From sequence record DRR723986_1779: 47,252 nucleotides of DNA; one strand, given 5' to 3'. A model generated the notes under the pieces. The model made no database searches, had not been told where the DNA came from, and saw only the letters and a program-made list of their open reading frames with translations. Shown here one piece after another: positions 38,601 through 47,252 of the stretch. The position numbers were made by a program, and so were the translations under genes. How positions within the stretch are numbered: the first letter of the stretch is position 1; each line of letters opens with the position of its first letter.

Positions 38601-39212
38601 TCAGGCCTTGGCGCTCGGGCGTTCGCCGACTTTGGCGAACCATGCCGCATAGTTCTTGAATTCGGGATTCAAAGGCTGGCCGATAACATTGCCGAATGCC
38701 TGGAAGCAGTAGAGCAGAATGTCCGCAAGGCTGAATTCGTTCCCGGCCACATAGGGCTGGTCCGCCAGGCGTGCATCGAGGAATTCGATCTTGTCCTGTG
38801 CGCAGGCCTTCAGGCCGTCTGCTGCTTCCGGGATGCAGCGCATGCGGTCCTTGAACATTGGCAGGCCTTCGGAAAAGCGGAACCCGTTGCCAAGCGGCTC
38901 GACGATGTTGAGGTCCACCCAGCGGGTCCAGCGCCGGTTCTGGGCGCGCTTTTCTGGTGTGTCACCCATCAGCTTCTCGCCGGGAAACTTTTCGTCCAGG
39001 TATTCGCAGATCGCGGTGATTTCGGTCACGACGGAACCGTCGTCTAGCACCAGACACGGTGTCTGGCCGGCCGGATTGGTTTTCAGATAGGGTTCCTGAC
39101 GGTTCAGGCCCTTCTGGATGTCGAGTTCCTCCATCGGAAGTTCGATGCCGCGTTCCGCCATGAACATGCGCACGACGTGCGGATTTGGGCCTACCGAGTT
39201 GATGAGTTTCAT
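38601..39212 (-). CDS. Glutathione S-transferase family protein
   Basis: GPNPHVVRMF, NPAGQTP.L, EITAICEYL, FSLADI. Confidence 0.9.
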   Translation of the reverse strand: MKLINSVGPNPHVVRMFMAERGIELPMEELDIQKGLNRQEPYLKTNPAGQTPCLVLDDGSVVTEITAICEYLDEKFPGEKLMGDTPEKRAQNRRWTRWVDLNIVEPLGNGFRFSEGLPMFKDRMRCIPEAADGLKACAQDKIEFLDARLADQPYVAGNEFSLADILLYCFQAFGNVIGQPLNPEFKNYAAWFAKVGERPSAKA

Positions 39213-39330
39213 ATGCTTCCTCCCAGAAACTGTTGCCCGTCGCCTGCGAGCTTGATGCATTCATAATCCGTTCAGGCGGCGCCGTCATAGGTGACGTCGG
39301 GGTAGATGGGCGTTTGCTTCCAGGAGGCTG

Positions 39331-39525
39331 ATGCCAATGAAAAATTCGATGATCCTCGCCGGCGTGCTGCTGGCAGCGAGCCTGACCGGCTGTATTGCCG
39401 TCACCGGTGTGCATGACGAGGATGCCGTGCGGGCCAATACCGATCTCGCAGTCCGCGTTTGCGGCGGCGAGGCGAATGTCAAAGAGGTGACCGAAGACGG
39501 TTACCGCTGCCAGTCGAACCCGTAA
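39331..39525 (+). CDS. Small hypothetical lipoprotein
   Basis: AGGAGG RBS, lipobox LTGC, two further Cys. Confidence 0.7.
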   Translation: MPMKNSMILAGVLLAASLTGCIAVTGVHDEDAVRANTDLAVRVCGGEANVKEVTEDGYRCQSNP

Positions 39526-39528
39526 TCA

Positions 39529-40212
39529 TCACTTACAGGCGCTGCCGGGGCCCATATCCATGTGGAAGTGGTCCCGGTGCGCCGCATTGTATTCCGGCCC
39601 CAGCGTGACCGAGAACAGGTCGCAGGCGCCAGAATGCAATCTTTTCAGGAATTTCGCTTCCTTCCCGCCTTTTCCCCAGAATGTTTTCACGTCGATCAGG
39701 CGGCCGTCTTCCAGCCGGAAGCCGGAAATGTCGACTGCATTGCCGCGCGCATGTTCTGATAGGCGCCCGGACCCGGCGATATTCCGGCAGGAAAAGCTGC
39801 CATACGTCTCGATCCTCGCCAGCGGCGAGCCGAGGATATCCACAGCCGCTGGCCGGGCGACATGGCGCTCCCAGACGTAGAGCGCGGCGGCTTCACCACA
39901 GGTCATGCGCAGCGTGGCGGAATAGGGTGTCAGCGTCCGGTCCAGCGTCAAGGCATTGTAAAGGCCGCATTTTTCGCCTTTCGGTGCATCGTCCAGCGGC
40001 GTGTAGAGAACGCCGGCCTTGTCCAATGCAGGGAAACAGACCTGCGGATGCCTGGCCGCGCGGGCCAGTTGGTGGCCAGTGCCAAGTCCCGGCCGGTCGG
40101 TCAGATCCACCGGCGCGAAAGGGTTATGCCGGGGCGGTGCCGACAGCAGGAACAGCGCCGCGCACAAGGCGGGCACGGTGAGGAGGAGAAGCCATGCGCG
40201 TAAGTGAGGCAT
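39529..40212 (-). CDS. Extensin-like C-terminal domain protein (putative Zn peptidase)
   Basis: GSFSCRN, SEHARGNAVD, LGPEYNAAHRDHFHMD. Confidence 0.88.
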   Translation of the reverse strand: MPHLRAWLLLLTVPALCAALFLLSAPPRHNPFAPVDLTDRPGLGTGHQLARAARHPQVCFPALDKAGVLYTPLDDAPKGEKCGLYNALTLDRTLTPYSATLRMTCGEAAALYVWERHVARPAAVDILGSPLARIETYGSFSCRNIAGSGRLSEHARGNAVDISGFRLEDGRLIDVKTFWGKGGKEAKFLKRLHSGACDLFSVTLGPEYNAAHRDHFHMDMGPGSACK

Positions 40213-40343
40213 CTGCAGTCAGTACTTAGAGATTTCCTTAACCAAACGGCGGTTTCTGTTAACTCTGGACGCGTTCGCGACTCGCAGGCGATTCTGCCCG
40301 CGGACCTGCACCAGAATGTGGCACGAACCGAGAAGGGGCCAGA

Positions 40344-42578
40344 ATGTCCGACCTCAAGGATGGCGAGCCGGAAAACCGGATTATCAATGAACCCATGAGC
40401 GAGGCGCTCTCGAAGCGCTATCTCGCTTATGCGCTCTCGACGATCACGGCGCGGGCCCTGCCGGATGTCCGCGATGGCCTGAAGCCCGTGCAGCGCCGCA
40501 TCCTGTATGGCATGCGCGTTCTGCGGCTGGATCCGGAAGGCGGCTATCGCAAGTGCGCCAAGATTGTTGGCGACGTTATGGGTAACTTCCACCCGCACGG
40601 CGACAGCTCGATCTACGACACGCTGGTCCGCCTGGCGCAGGATTTCACCGTCCGCTACCCGCTGGTCGATGGTCAGGGCAATTTTGGTAACATCGATGGC
40701 GATAGCGCGGCGGCCTATCGTTACACCGAGGCGCGGATGACCGTGGCAGCAGAACTGTTGCTGGACGGCCTGAATGAAGACGCCGTCGATTTTCGCGCCA
40801 ACTATGCCGAGAATGATGAAGAGCCGGTGGTGCTTCCGGCGGGCTTCCCGAACCTGCTGGCCAATGGCGCGAGCGGTATTGCCGTCGGCATGGCCACCTC
40901 GATCCCGCCGCACAATGCGGCCGAAGTGATCGATGCGGCACGCCTGCTGATCGAGAAGCCGAAGGCGACGACCGCCGAACTGATGGACTTCGTGAAGGGG
41001 CCGGACTTCCCGACCGGCGGCATCATCGTCGAACCTTATGAGTCGATGCTTGACGCCTACGAGACCGGCCGCGGCAGCTTCCGCATGCGCGCGCGCTGGG
41101 AAACAGAGGATACCGGCCGGGGCACCTACCAGATTGTCGTCACCGAAATTCCCTATCAGGTGCAGAAATCGCGCCTGCTGGAAAAACTGGGTGAACTGAT
41201 TGAGGCCAAGAAGGTGCCGCTGCTGGATGATGTCCGCGACGAGTCCGCTGAGGATGTGCGCCTCGTCCTGGTGCCGCGTTCCAAGACGATCGAGCCGGAC
41301 GTGCTGATGGAAAGCCTGTTCAAGGTCTGCGATCTCGAAACGCGCTTCAGCCTCAACATGAACGTGCTGCACAAGGGCGCGCCGCAGGTCATGGGCCTGA
41401 AGGAAGTGCTGCAGGCCTATCTTGACCACCGCCGCGAAGTGGTCGTGCGCCGAGCTCAGCACCGCCTCGACAAGATCGAGAAGCGTCTGCACCTGCTCGA
41501 CGGTTATCTGATCGCCTTCCTTAACATCGATGAGGTGATCCGCATTATCCGGAACGAGGATGAGCCGAAGCCGGTTCTGATGGAGACGTTCAGTCTCACG
41601 GATGTACAAGCCGAAGCGATCCTCAATCTCCGCCTGCGTGCCCTGCGCAAGCTGGAGGAAATGGAAATCCGCGGCGAGCACCAGAAGCTCACCGAGGAAC
41701 GCGAAGATCTGATCAAGCTGCTGAGCTCGGACCGCCGTCAGTGGACGAAAGTGTCCAGGGAGCTCAAAGCCGCCCGCGATGCGTTTGATCCGGACTCTGA
41801 GCTTGGCCGCCGCCGCGCCAGCTTCTCAGATGTCAAGGAAGTCGACCTTGCTGCGGCCCTCGAAGCGTCCAAGCCGAAGGAGCCGATCACGGTTGTCCTG
41901 TCACAGCAGGGCTGGATTCGCGGTATGAAGGGCCATGGTCTGGATACGAGCTCGGTCAAGTTCAAGGACGGGGATGATCTTTACCTCGTCGAAGAAGTGA
42001 TGAGTACCGACAAGCTCATCCTGATGTCGTCCGACGGCCGGTCGTTCACCATGGCGGCGGACAAGCTGCCTGGCGGACGCGGCCATGGCGAACCGATCCG
42101 TCTGACGATCGACCTCGAAGACAGCGTCGATATCGTCGCGATGTTCCGGTTCGAACCGGAGCGCAAACGCGTGATGGCGTCTTCCACAGGCTACGGCTTC
42201 GTCGTCGATGAGAAGGAACTGGAATCCAACCGCAAAGCCGGCAAGTCCGCCGTGAACACAGGCAATGGCCATCTCGTCTGCTGCCCGGTGGTGGAAGGCG
42301 ACATGATCGCGGTCGTCGGCACGAACAAGAAGATGCTGATCTTCCCGCTGTCCGACCTGCCGGAAATGGCGCGCGGCAAGGGCAACAAGCTGCAATCCTA
42401 TAGCGGCAAGGCCGAGCTGAAAGACCTGATCACCTTCGACAAACGCGACGGCCTGATCGTCATGACCGGCGACCGCCACCGTGCCTTCCCGGAATGGAAA
42501 GACTGGAAAGGCCAGCGCGCCCAGGCCGGCAAGGTCGTCCCGAAAGGCTTCCCGAGAAGCGGGACGTTTAAAGGGTAA
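40344..42578 (+). CDS. parC: DNA topoisomerase IV subunit A
   Basis: [38 protein letters not shown]; short CTD, no GyrA box seen. Confidence 0.95.
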   Translation: MSDLKDGEPENRIINEPMSEALSKRYLAYALSTITARALPDVRDGLKPVQRRILYGMRVLRLDPEGGYRKCAKIVGDVMGNFHPHGDSSIYDTLVRLAQDFTVRYPLVDGQGNFGNIDGDSAAAYRYTEARMTVAAELLLDGLNEDAVDFRANYAENDEEPVVLPAGFPNLLANGASGIAVGMATSIPPHNAAEVIDAARLLIEKPKATTAELMDFVKGPDFPTGGIIVEPYESMLDAYETGRGSFRMRARWETEDTGRGTYQIVVTEIPYQVQKSRLLEKLGELIEAKKVPLLDDVRDESAEDVRLVLVPRSKTIEPDVLMESLFKVCDLETRFSLNMNVLHKGAPQVMGLKEVLQAYLDHRREVVVRRAQHRLDKIEKRLHLLDGYLIAFLNIDEVIRIIRNEDEPKPVLMETFSLTDVQAEAILNLRLRALRKLEEMEIRGEHQKLTEEREDLIKLLSSDRRQWTKVSRELKAARDAFDPDSELGRRRASFSDVKEVDLAAALEASKPKEPITVVLSQQGWIRGMKGHGLDTSSVKFKDGDDLYLVEEVMSTDKLILMSSDGRSFTMAADKLPGGRGHGEPIRLTIDLEDSVDIVAMFRFEPERKRVMASSTGYGFVVDEKELESNRKAGKSAVNTGNGHLVCCPVVEGDMIAVVGTNKKMLIFPLSDLPEMARGKGNKLQSYSGKAELKDLITFDKRDGLIVMTGDRHRAFPEWKDWKGQRAQAGKVVPKGFPRSGTFKG

Positions 42579-42580
42579 TC

Positions 42581-42612
42581 AAGAGCGCCCGGCCAGCCAG
42601 CCGGGCGTTTTT
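42581..42612. terminator. Intrinsic terminator after parC
   Basis: AAGAGCGCCCGGC-cagcca-GCCGGGCGTTTTT. Confidence 0.85.
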
Positions 42613-42620
42613 CATTCCGG

Positions 42621-43370
42621 TCAGTAAACCCGCGCGACGGTCTGCTTCATCAGCGGGCCGATCTCCGTGTGCAGAACAAGGTCGGCATAGGAGTCGTGAT
42701 CGGTTTCCTCGCGGTTGACGATGACCACGGTGGCGCCGGTCCGCTTGGCGATCACCGGAAGTTCGGCTGCTGGATAGACAACAAGCGAGGAACCGAGCAC
42801 GATGAACAGGTCGCTGAGGGCGGCCTCTTCCATGGCACGGTTCATCTCGTCTTCCGGCATCGCCTGGCCGAAGGAAATGACGGCGGTTTTCACAAGGCCG
42901 GTGCAGAAGACGCAGGTGATGTCTTCACCGGCTTCCCAGCGCGGTTTCAGGTCTTCCAGTTCGTAGCGCTTGCCGCACTGCAGGCAGCGGGCATAGCTGG
43001 CATTACCGTGCACCTCGATCACCCGGTCGTCTGCCACGCCGGAGGTTTGGTGGAGGTTGTCGACATTCTGGGTGATGACGCTGGAGACCTTGCCCATCTT
43101 CACCAGGTCCGAAACGGCGTAGTGGCCGTCATTCGGCTTTGCCCCGGTCCAGCCGGCGGGATTGTTGAACACCCGGTTCCAGGCTTCGCTGCGTTGCTCA
43201 CGTGAGCTGACAAAATCCTGGAAATAGATCGGCTTCATCTTGCTCCACACGCCGCCCGGGCTGCGGAAGTCGGGAATGCCGCTTTCTGTGGAGATGCCAG
43301 CGCCGGTAAAAACCACGGCGCGGCGGCATTGGGAGATCAGGCTTGCAAGAGCTTCGGGTGCGTCAGTCAT
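42621..43370 (-). CDS. Sir2-family NAD-dependent protein deacylase (CobB-like)
   Basis: TGAGISTESGIPDFR, TQNVDNLH, HG, two CxxC, GSSLVVYPAA. Start set at ATG 43370. Confidence 0.93.
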   Translation of the reverse strand: MTDAPEALASLISQCRRAVVFTGAGISTESGIPDFRSPGGVWSKMKPIYFQDFVSSREQRSEAWNRVFNNPAGWTGAKPNDGHYAVSDLVKMGKVSSVITQNVDNLHQTSGVADDRVIEVHGNASYARCLQCGKRYELEDLKPRWEAGEDITCVFCTGLVKTAVISFGQAMPEDEMNRAMEEAALSDLFIVLGSSLVVYPAAELPVIAKRTGATVVIVNREETDHDSYADLVLHTEIGPLMKQTVARVY

Positions 43371-43405
43371 TGCCTTAATGCTACACGATTTTCCGGCGAG
43401 CGCTA

Positions 43406-44629
43406 CTAGGTGCTGCCTTCCACTGGCTGGCCGAAGAACAGGACGGCCAGCGCCAGGATACCGAACGCCGCAAATGCCGCGCCCCGAACAGGCGCTTTCG
43501 CCTCCCGGAAGGCGCCGACCGACGCAATCGCGCACTGCAGGGCGTAATAATAGGCGAAGGCTTTCGAGGCGAAGCTGATGATCTGGAAGACATTGGAAAA
43601 CCAGGTCAGGCCCAGCCCGATCAGCACAAGCATCAGATAGGCCATCCGCGGCGAGATCCGGCTGCCTGACAATTCCTCCACCAGTCCGCCAGCCCCGCTT
43701 GTATCTGCAATGGCGGCACTGAACTGCGCGGAAAGGGCCGCGACGATCAGCATGGCGGGCAGGACGGCCGAGACGATCTTCATCATGTCGACAATCGCCG
43801 TTTCCGTCAGCGGGATGGTTTTGGCATCGAACGCGTAGGTCAGCAGCACGACATAGGCCATGTAGATGGCGGTCGCGAGCCATTGGGAATACCGCATTGA
43901 GCGCACCCTCATCTCCGGCTTGTATTCGCTGCCGAGGTAGCGGGATGTTTCGAAGCCCTGCACGGTGATAATCAGGCCGAAGGCGAGGGTGACACCGGTC
44001 CAGCCGGTTTCGTCGGGCGCCATGACCAACAGGTCACCCTGACCGGCCTTGCCTGCGAAATAGAAGCAGAGCCCTGCCAGCAGGCCCGCGATGATCGCGA
44101 GTTTCAGGCTGACGGCGGCCTGTTCCATCCGCTCCATCGCGGAGAAGCCGCGCAGCCAGCCGACCGCCAGGATCAGGATCATCGCAGCGCTGGTGACCAG
44201 CTTTGCATTCACAGGGGAATTGAACGGCGTCATCTTCACGGCGAAGGCGCCAAACAGGTTCAGGTAATAGGCGACCGAGATGCAGTAGGCGAAGGACAGC
44301 GCCCAGGAGGCGAAATACTCGGTCCGCCGTTCCGAGGCCGATCGGTTGGGATGCCGGTCAATGTTCGCAATATTGAAGCGGATGGCTGCCCCAAATGCGT
44401 AGGCCGCCATGCACAGCAGCAACATCACCATCGGCGCATACTTGCCGTAGGAATGGGACAGGATCGGCCCCAGTACCAGGAAGCCGCTGCCAATGATCGA
44501 GGCGAGCGGCGTCACGGTCGCGCGCCAGGCCCGGTGATTGCCAACGCGTGGCCACATCAGCAGGCCGAGAATGCAGAGCGTGATAATGCTGATGAGGATT
44601 TCCTGCAGCAAGCCGGCGGGTTCCTTCAA
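43406..44629 (-). CDS. Uncharacterised polytopic membrane protein, APC-transporter-like
   Basis: About 11-12 hydrophobic segments; ASIIGSGF and QGFE resemble APC TM1/TM6 motifs. Confidence 0.75.
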   Translation of the reverse strand: MKEPAGLLQEILISIITLCILGLLMWPRVGNHRAWRATVTPLASIIGSGFLVLGPILSHSYGKYAPMVMLLLCMAAYAFGAAIRFNIANIDRHPNRSASERRTEYFASWALSFAYCISVAYYLNLFGAFAVKMTPFNSPVNAKLVTSAAMILILAVGWLRGFSAMERMEQAAVSLKLAIIAGLLAGLCFYFAGKAGQGDLLVMAPDETGWTGVTLAFGLIITVQGFETSRYLGSEYKPEMRVRSMRYSQWLATAIYMAYVVLLTYAFDAKTIPLTETAIVDMMKIVSAVLPAMLIVAALSAQFSAAIADTSGAGGLVEELSGSRISPRMAYLMLVLIGLGLTWFSNVFQIISFASKAFAYYYALQCAIASVGAFREAKAPVRGAAFAAFGILALAVLFFGQPVEGST

Positions 44630-44692
44630 TCTCCGGAACAGAATGGATGAAACTGCGCCGGGTTCCGTTTTCTGGCCCGCTCCGGCTGTAGT

Positions 44693-45415
44693 CTATACCA
44701 CCGTCCCGAACAGATGACCGATGACGCCGGTGACGACCATCGCCGCAACACCCCAGAAGACGACGCGGGCAGAGGCGCGCAGCTTGCTGGCGCCGCCCGC
44801 CCGTGCGGAGAGGGCACCAAGCATGGCGAGGCTGACCAGCGAGACTGCCGCCACGACGGGCGTGATCTGGCCCGCTGGCGCGGCAACTGCGGCGAAGATC
44901 GGCAGGGCGGCACCGATGGTAAAACTGGCCGCAGAGCTGAATGCCGCCTGCACCGGCCGGGCCGCGACCGCGTCGTTCATGCCGAGTTCGTCGCGTGCAT
45001 GCGCTTCGAGCGCGTCATGCTCTGTCAGCTGGCGGGCGACTTCGCGGGCCGTTTCCGGGGTCAGGCCGCGCTTCAGGTAGATATCGGTCAGCTCCTCCAG
45101 TTCCGCCTCCGGATGGCTTTCGAGAGCCGCCCGTTCGACTGCGAGGTCCGCCTTTTCGAGGTCAGCCTGAGAAGAGACGGACACATATTCGCCCGCCGCC
45201 ATCGACATCGCGCCGGCCACCAGACCTGCCAGACCGGCCGTCAGGATGGCGCCGGTCGACGCTTCTGCCGAAGCGACCCCGATGACGAGGCCTGCGGTCG
45301 ACAGGATGCCGTCATTCGCCCCCAGCACCGCCGCGCGCAGCCAGCCAACCCGCTGGAAATAGTGGTGTTCGGTGTGAATGTAGGACTCGTCGGAATGTGG
45401 AGGAGATTCTTCCAT
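44693..45415 (-). CDS. VIT1/CCC1-family Fe/Mn transporter
   Basis: WLRAAVLGANDG, AGAMSMAAGEYVSVSSQ, AHARDELG. Confidence 0.93.
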   Translation of the reverse strand: MEESPPHSDESYIHTEHHYFQRVGWLRAAVLGANDGILSTAGLVIGVASAEASTGAILTAGLAGLVAGAMSMAAGEYVSVSSQADLEKADLAVERAALESHPEAELEELTDIYLKRGLTPETAREVARQLTEHDALEAHARDELGMNDAVAARPVQAAFSSAASFTIGAALPIFAAVAAPAGQITPVVAAVSLVSLAMLGALSARAGGASKLRASARVVFWGVAAMVVTGVIGHLFGTVV

Positions 45416-45572
45416 GTGCCTATCCTGCGCAATAAATCATGCGTGGCCAAGTCGGCGCCGATGGTCAAGCGCGCAAATCGCCCTGTTGCCGGCATGACTG
45501 GCCCGCTTTTCCTTGCACGATCCGGCGGCGGCGTTTAGGCGTTTAGTCGCAAGGATATCCGGAGGGACACAC

Positions 45573-46127
45573 ATGCTCATCACGCTTGGCATTATCGTTG
45601 CCGTTATCGGCTTTATCATCCTTATCTATAACGGACTGGTGATGAAGCGGCAGCGGGTCAACCAGGCCTTCGCCGATGTCGATGTGCAGCTGAAGCAGCG
45701 CCAGAACCTGATCCCGAACCTCGTGGAAACGGTGAAAGGCTATGCTAAGCATGAGCAGGAAACCTTCCAGCAGGTGATCGAAGCCCGGAATGCTGCGCAG
45801 AGCGCCGCGACGCCGGCCGAGATGAGCCAGGCCGAAGGCATGCTGACCGCTTCGCTCGGCAAGCTGTTCGCCCTCGCCGAAGCCTATCCGGACCTGAAAG
45901 CCAACCAGAACTTCATCCAGCTGCAGAACGAACTGTCCGCCATCGAGGACAAGCTGGCCGCGGCGCGCCGCTTCTACAACTCGGCCGTGCAGGACTACAA
46001 CACGTCCCGCGAACAGTTCCCGGGTTCCATCATTGCCGGCATGTTCAACTTCGAAAGCCGCGACTTCTTCGATGTGGGCGTGGAAGGCCGCGAAGCCCTC
46101 AGCACCCCGCCAGAAGTGAAGTTCTAG
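45573..46127 (+). CDS. lemA: LemA family protein
   Basis: N-terminal TM; DVQLKQRQNLIPNLVETVKGYA, EAYPDLKA, ARRFYN. Confidence 0.94.
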   Translation: MLITLGIIVAVIGFIILIYNGLVMKRQRVNQAFADVDVQLKQRQNLIPNLVETVKGYAKHEQETFQQVIEARNAAQSAATPAEMSQAEGMLTASLGKLFALAEAYPDLKANQNFIQLQNELSAIEDKLAAARRFYNSAVQDYNTSREQFPGSIIAGMFNFESRDFFDVGVEGREALSTPPEVKF

Positions 46128-46172
46128 GCGGCACGCAGATGTGTTAGCTTCCCGGTGAAACGGGAGGTGACC

Positions 46173-46535
46173 ATGAACAGATTTATCAAAGCGGCGGCAG
46201 TCCTGACTGTCGCCGCCTTTGTATCCGGCTGTGCCGGCGGCCCCAGCAGCGGCAGCTGGAGCGCGTCGAGCTGGAACGGGCTGGCACCGCAGAATGTCTA
46301 TGGCGGCAATTACCAGTTCTATGCCGCGCCAGCCGAAGGCCAGGGCTTCAAGCTGAAATTCACGGTGAAGACCGACGGCAATTTCAACATCGCAAGCGCC
46401 GGCCCGCCCGCCGAGGCAGACCTTGAAGCTGCGGCCAAAGCCGCCGCGCCGGAAGGCTGCACGCTTGCCTCTATCGAGCGCACGCCGGATGGCGGGGCAG
46501 TGGCCGATTATGATTGTGGGGAAGAAAGCGAATGA
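46173..46535 (+). CDS. Hypothetical lipoprotein
   Basis: GGAGGT RBS, lipobox VSGC, two C-terminal Cys. Confidence 0.75.
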   Translation: MNRFIKAAAVLTVAAFVSGCAGGPSSGSWSASSWNGLAPQNVYGGNYQFYAAPAEGQGFKLKFTVKTDGNFNIASAGPPAEADLEAAAKAAAPEGCTLASIERTPDGGAVADYDCGEESE

Positions 46536-46897
46536 TCCGGAACGTCTCGACCTATCTGTTGTATACTGGAGAGGCCGCAGAGGCACTCGCACTCTATATG
46601 GATGTGTTTCCCCAGAGCGAGTCCAGCGTGCGCGACGGACCGGTCTATATGGCCGATTGGCGGCTGGCCGGGCATGACGTGATGCTGGTGGACAGCCCGC
46701 CGGTCCATGATTTTACGTTTACGCCATCGACGTCCCTGTTCGTGGATTTCGAGGATGCCGCAGCGCTGGACGCGGCCTTCGCCAAACTCTCAGATGGCGG
46801 ATCGGTGATGATGCCGGTCGATAATTACGGCTTCAGCCAGCGTTTCGGGTGGGTCTCAGACCGTTTCGGTGTCAGCTGGCAGCTGAACCAGCCCTGA
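46532..46897 (+). CDS. VOC/PhnB-like protein
   Basis: FTFTPSTSLFV, MPVDNYGFS.RFGWVSDRFGVSWQL. Confidence 0.9.
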   Translation: MIRNVSTYLLYTGEAAEALALYMDVFPQSESSVRDGPVYMADWRLAGHDVMLVDSPPVHDFTFTPSTSLFVDFEDAAALDAAFAKLSDGGSVMMPVDNYGFSQRFGWVSDRFGVSWQLNQP

Positions 46898-46965
46898 GAC
46901 AAGCACGCACGACGCCGGTGAAGACGCTTGGTGGGTAAGCTGAATTTTTGAGGTCAGGTTCGGCG

Positions 46966-47252
46966 TCAGGTTTCCGGCACGGGCAGGTTCAGGACGCGGC
47001 GCAGTGCGAAACGCCGGATGGCAAGCATATCGCCGGAATCATGGTCGTTGCCAAACTGTATGGAATAAGCAGGCGCAGCCGCCCGCCCGTCGCATGCGGC
47101 GGCGAGACAACCCGAGGCATGTGTGGCAGGTTTCAAGATCGCGCACTCTTTCTTCTGTCCCGGCATCCAATCGATCCGGACCAGATACACGCGCAAATTC
47201 GGCGTGAGGCTCCAGCGATATCTCACACCCCGGCCATAGGCGGCCCGGATCT
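46966..47252 (-). CDS. Possible 3' part of a hypothetical gene entering from the window edge
   Basis: Frame open from the edge (IRAAYGRGVRYRWSL...PVPET*); no family recognised. Confidence 0.35.
   Translation of the reverse strand, partial: IRAAYGRGVRYRWSLTPNLRVYLVRIDWMPGQKKECAILKPATHASGCLAAACDGRAAAPAYSIQFGNDHDSGDMLAIRRFALRRVLNLPVPET

Noticed and set aside
40238-40263. TTAACC and GTTAAC upstream of parC as a CtrA box
   Set aside because: The TTAA half-sites are 17 nt apart rather than 7.
40101-41681. Long antisense ORFs (also 1823-3151, 10988-12139, 14063-15025, 20943-22322, 33072-34649)
   Set aside because: They shadow well-supported genes, as expected from GC-rich codon bias, and show no motifs.
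42621-43370. Sir2 protein as an anti-phage NADase
   Set aside because: It is a stand-alone canonical Zn-ribbon deacylase with no TIR, SLOG, HerA or Argonaute partner.
42621-43883. Apparent 420-aa sirtuin with a long N-terminal extension
   Set aside because: The extension overlaps the upstream membrane-protein gene in another frame; the Sir2 domain begins just after ATG 43370.
45530-45546. GGCGTTTA tandem duplication upstream of lemA
   Set aside because: Only two 8-bp copies; it cannot be distinguished from chance.
1-47252. tRNA/rRNA genes, riboswitches, integrases, transposases, prophage genes
   Set aside because: None recognised by eye; tRNAscan and Rfam scans would be needed to exclude small RNAs formally.

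Overview
GC-rich alphaproteobacterial chromosomal segment; gene content suggests a Hyphomonas/Caulobacterales-like organism (inference). It is mostly housekeeping: partial rne, amiC, TPR lipoprotein, ispE, MraY/WecA-like transferase, ispB, glyQ...glyS, ppdK, SleB-type hydrolase, nadA-nadB-nadC, rpoZ-spoT-pyrE-pdxJ-acpS-rnc-era-recO, parC, sirtuin, VIT1 and LemA. I recognised no tRNA, rRNA, CRISPR array, integrase or transposase. The notable signals are not in the ORF track: (1) a decayed 69-bp duplicate of the ispB 3' end bracketing a lone secreted-protein gene, like an integration scar without an integrase; (2) a GNAT gene flanked by degenerate inverted repeats; (3) two tandem paralogous 35- and 45-aa membrane proteins before glyQ; (4) a signal-peptide caspase-like/WD40 protein between glyQ and glyS; (5) a NadQ-type operator and an unknown exported-protein gene inside the nad operon; (6) a sigma54 promoter with an IHF site before the cell-wall hydrolase. 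I could not demonstrate a complete new multi-gene system.
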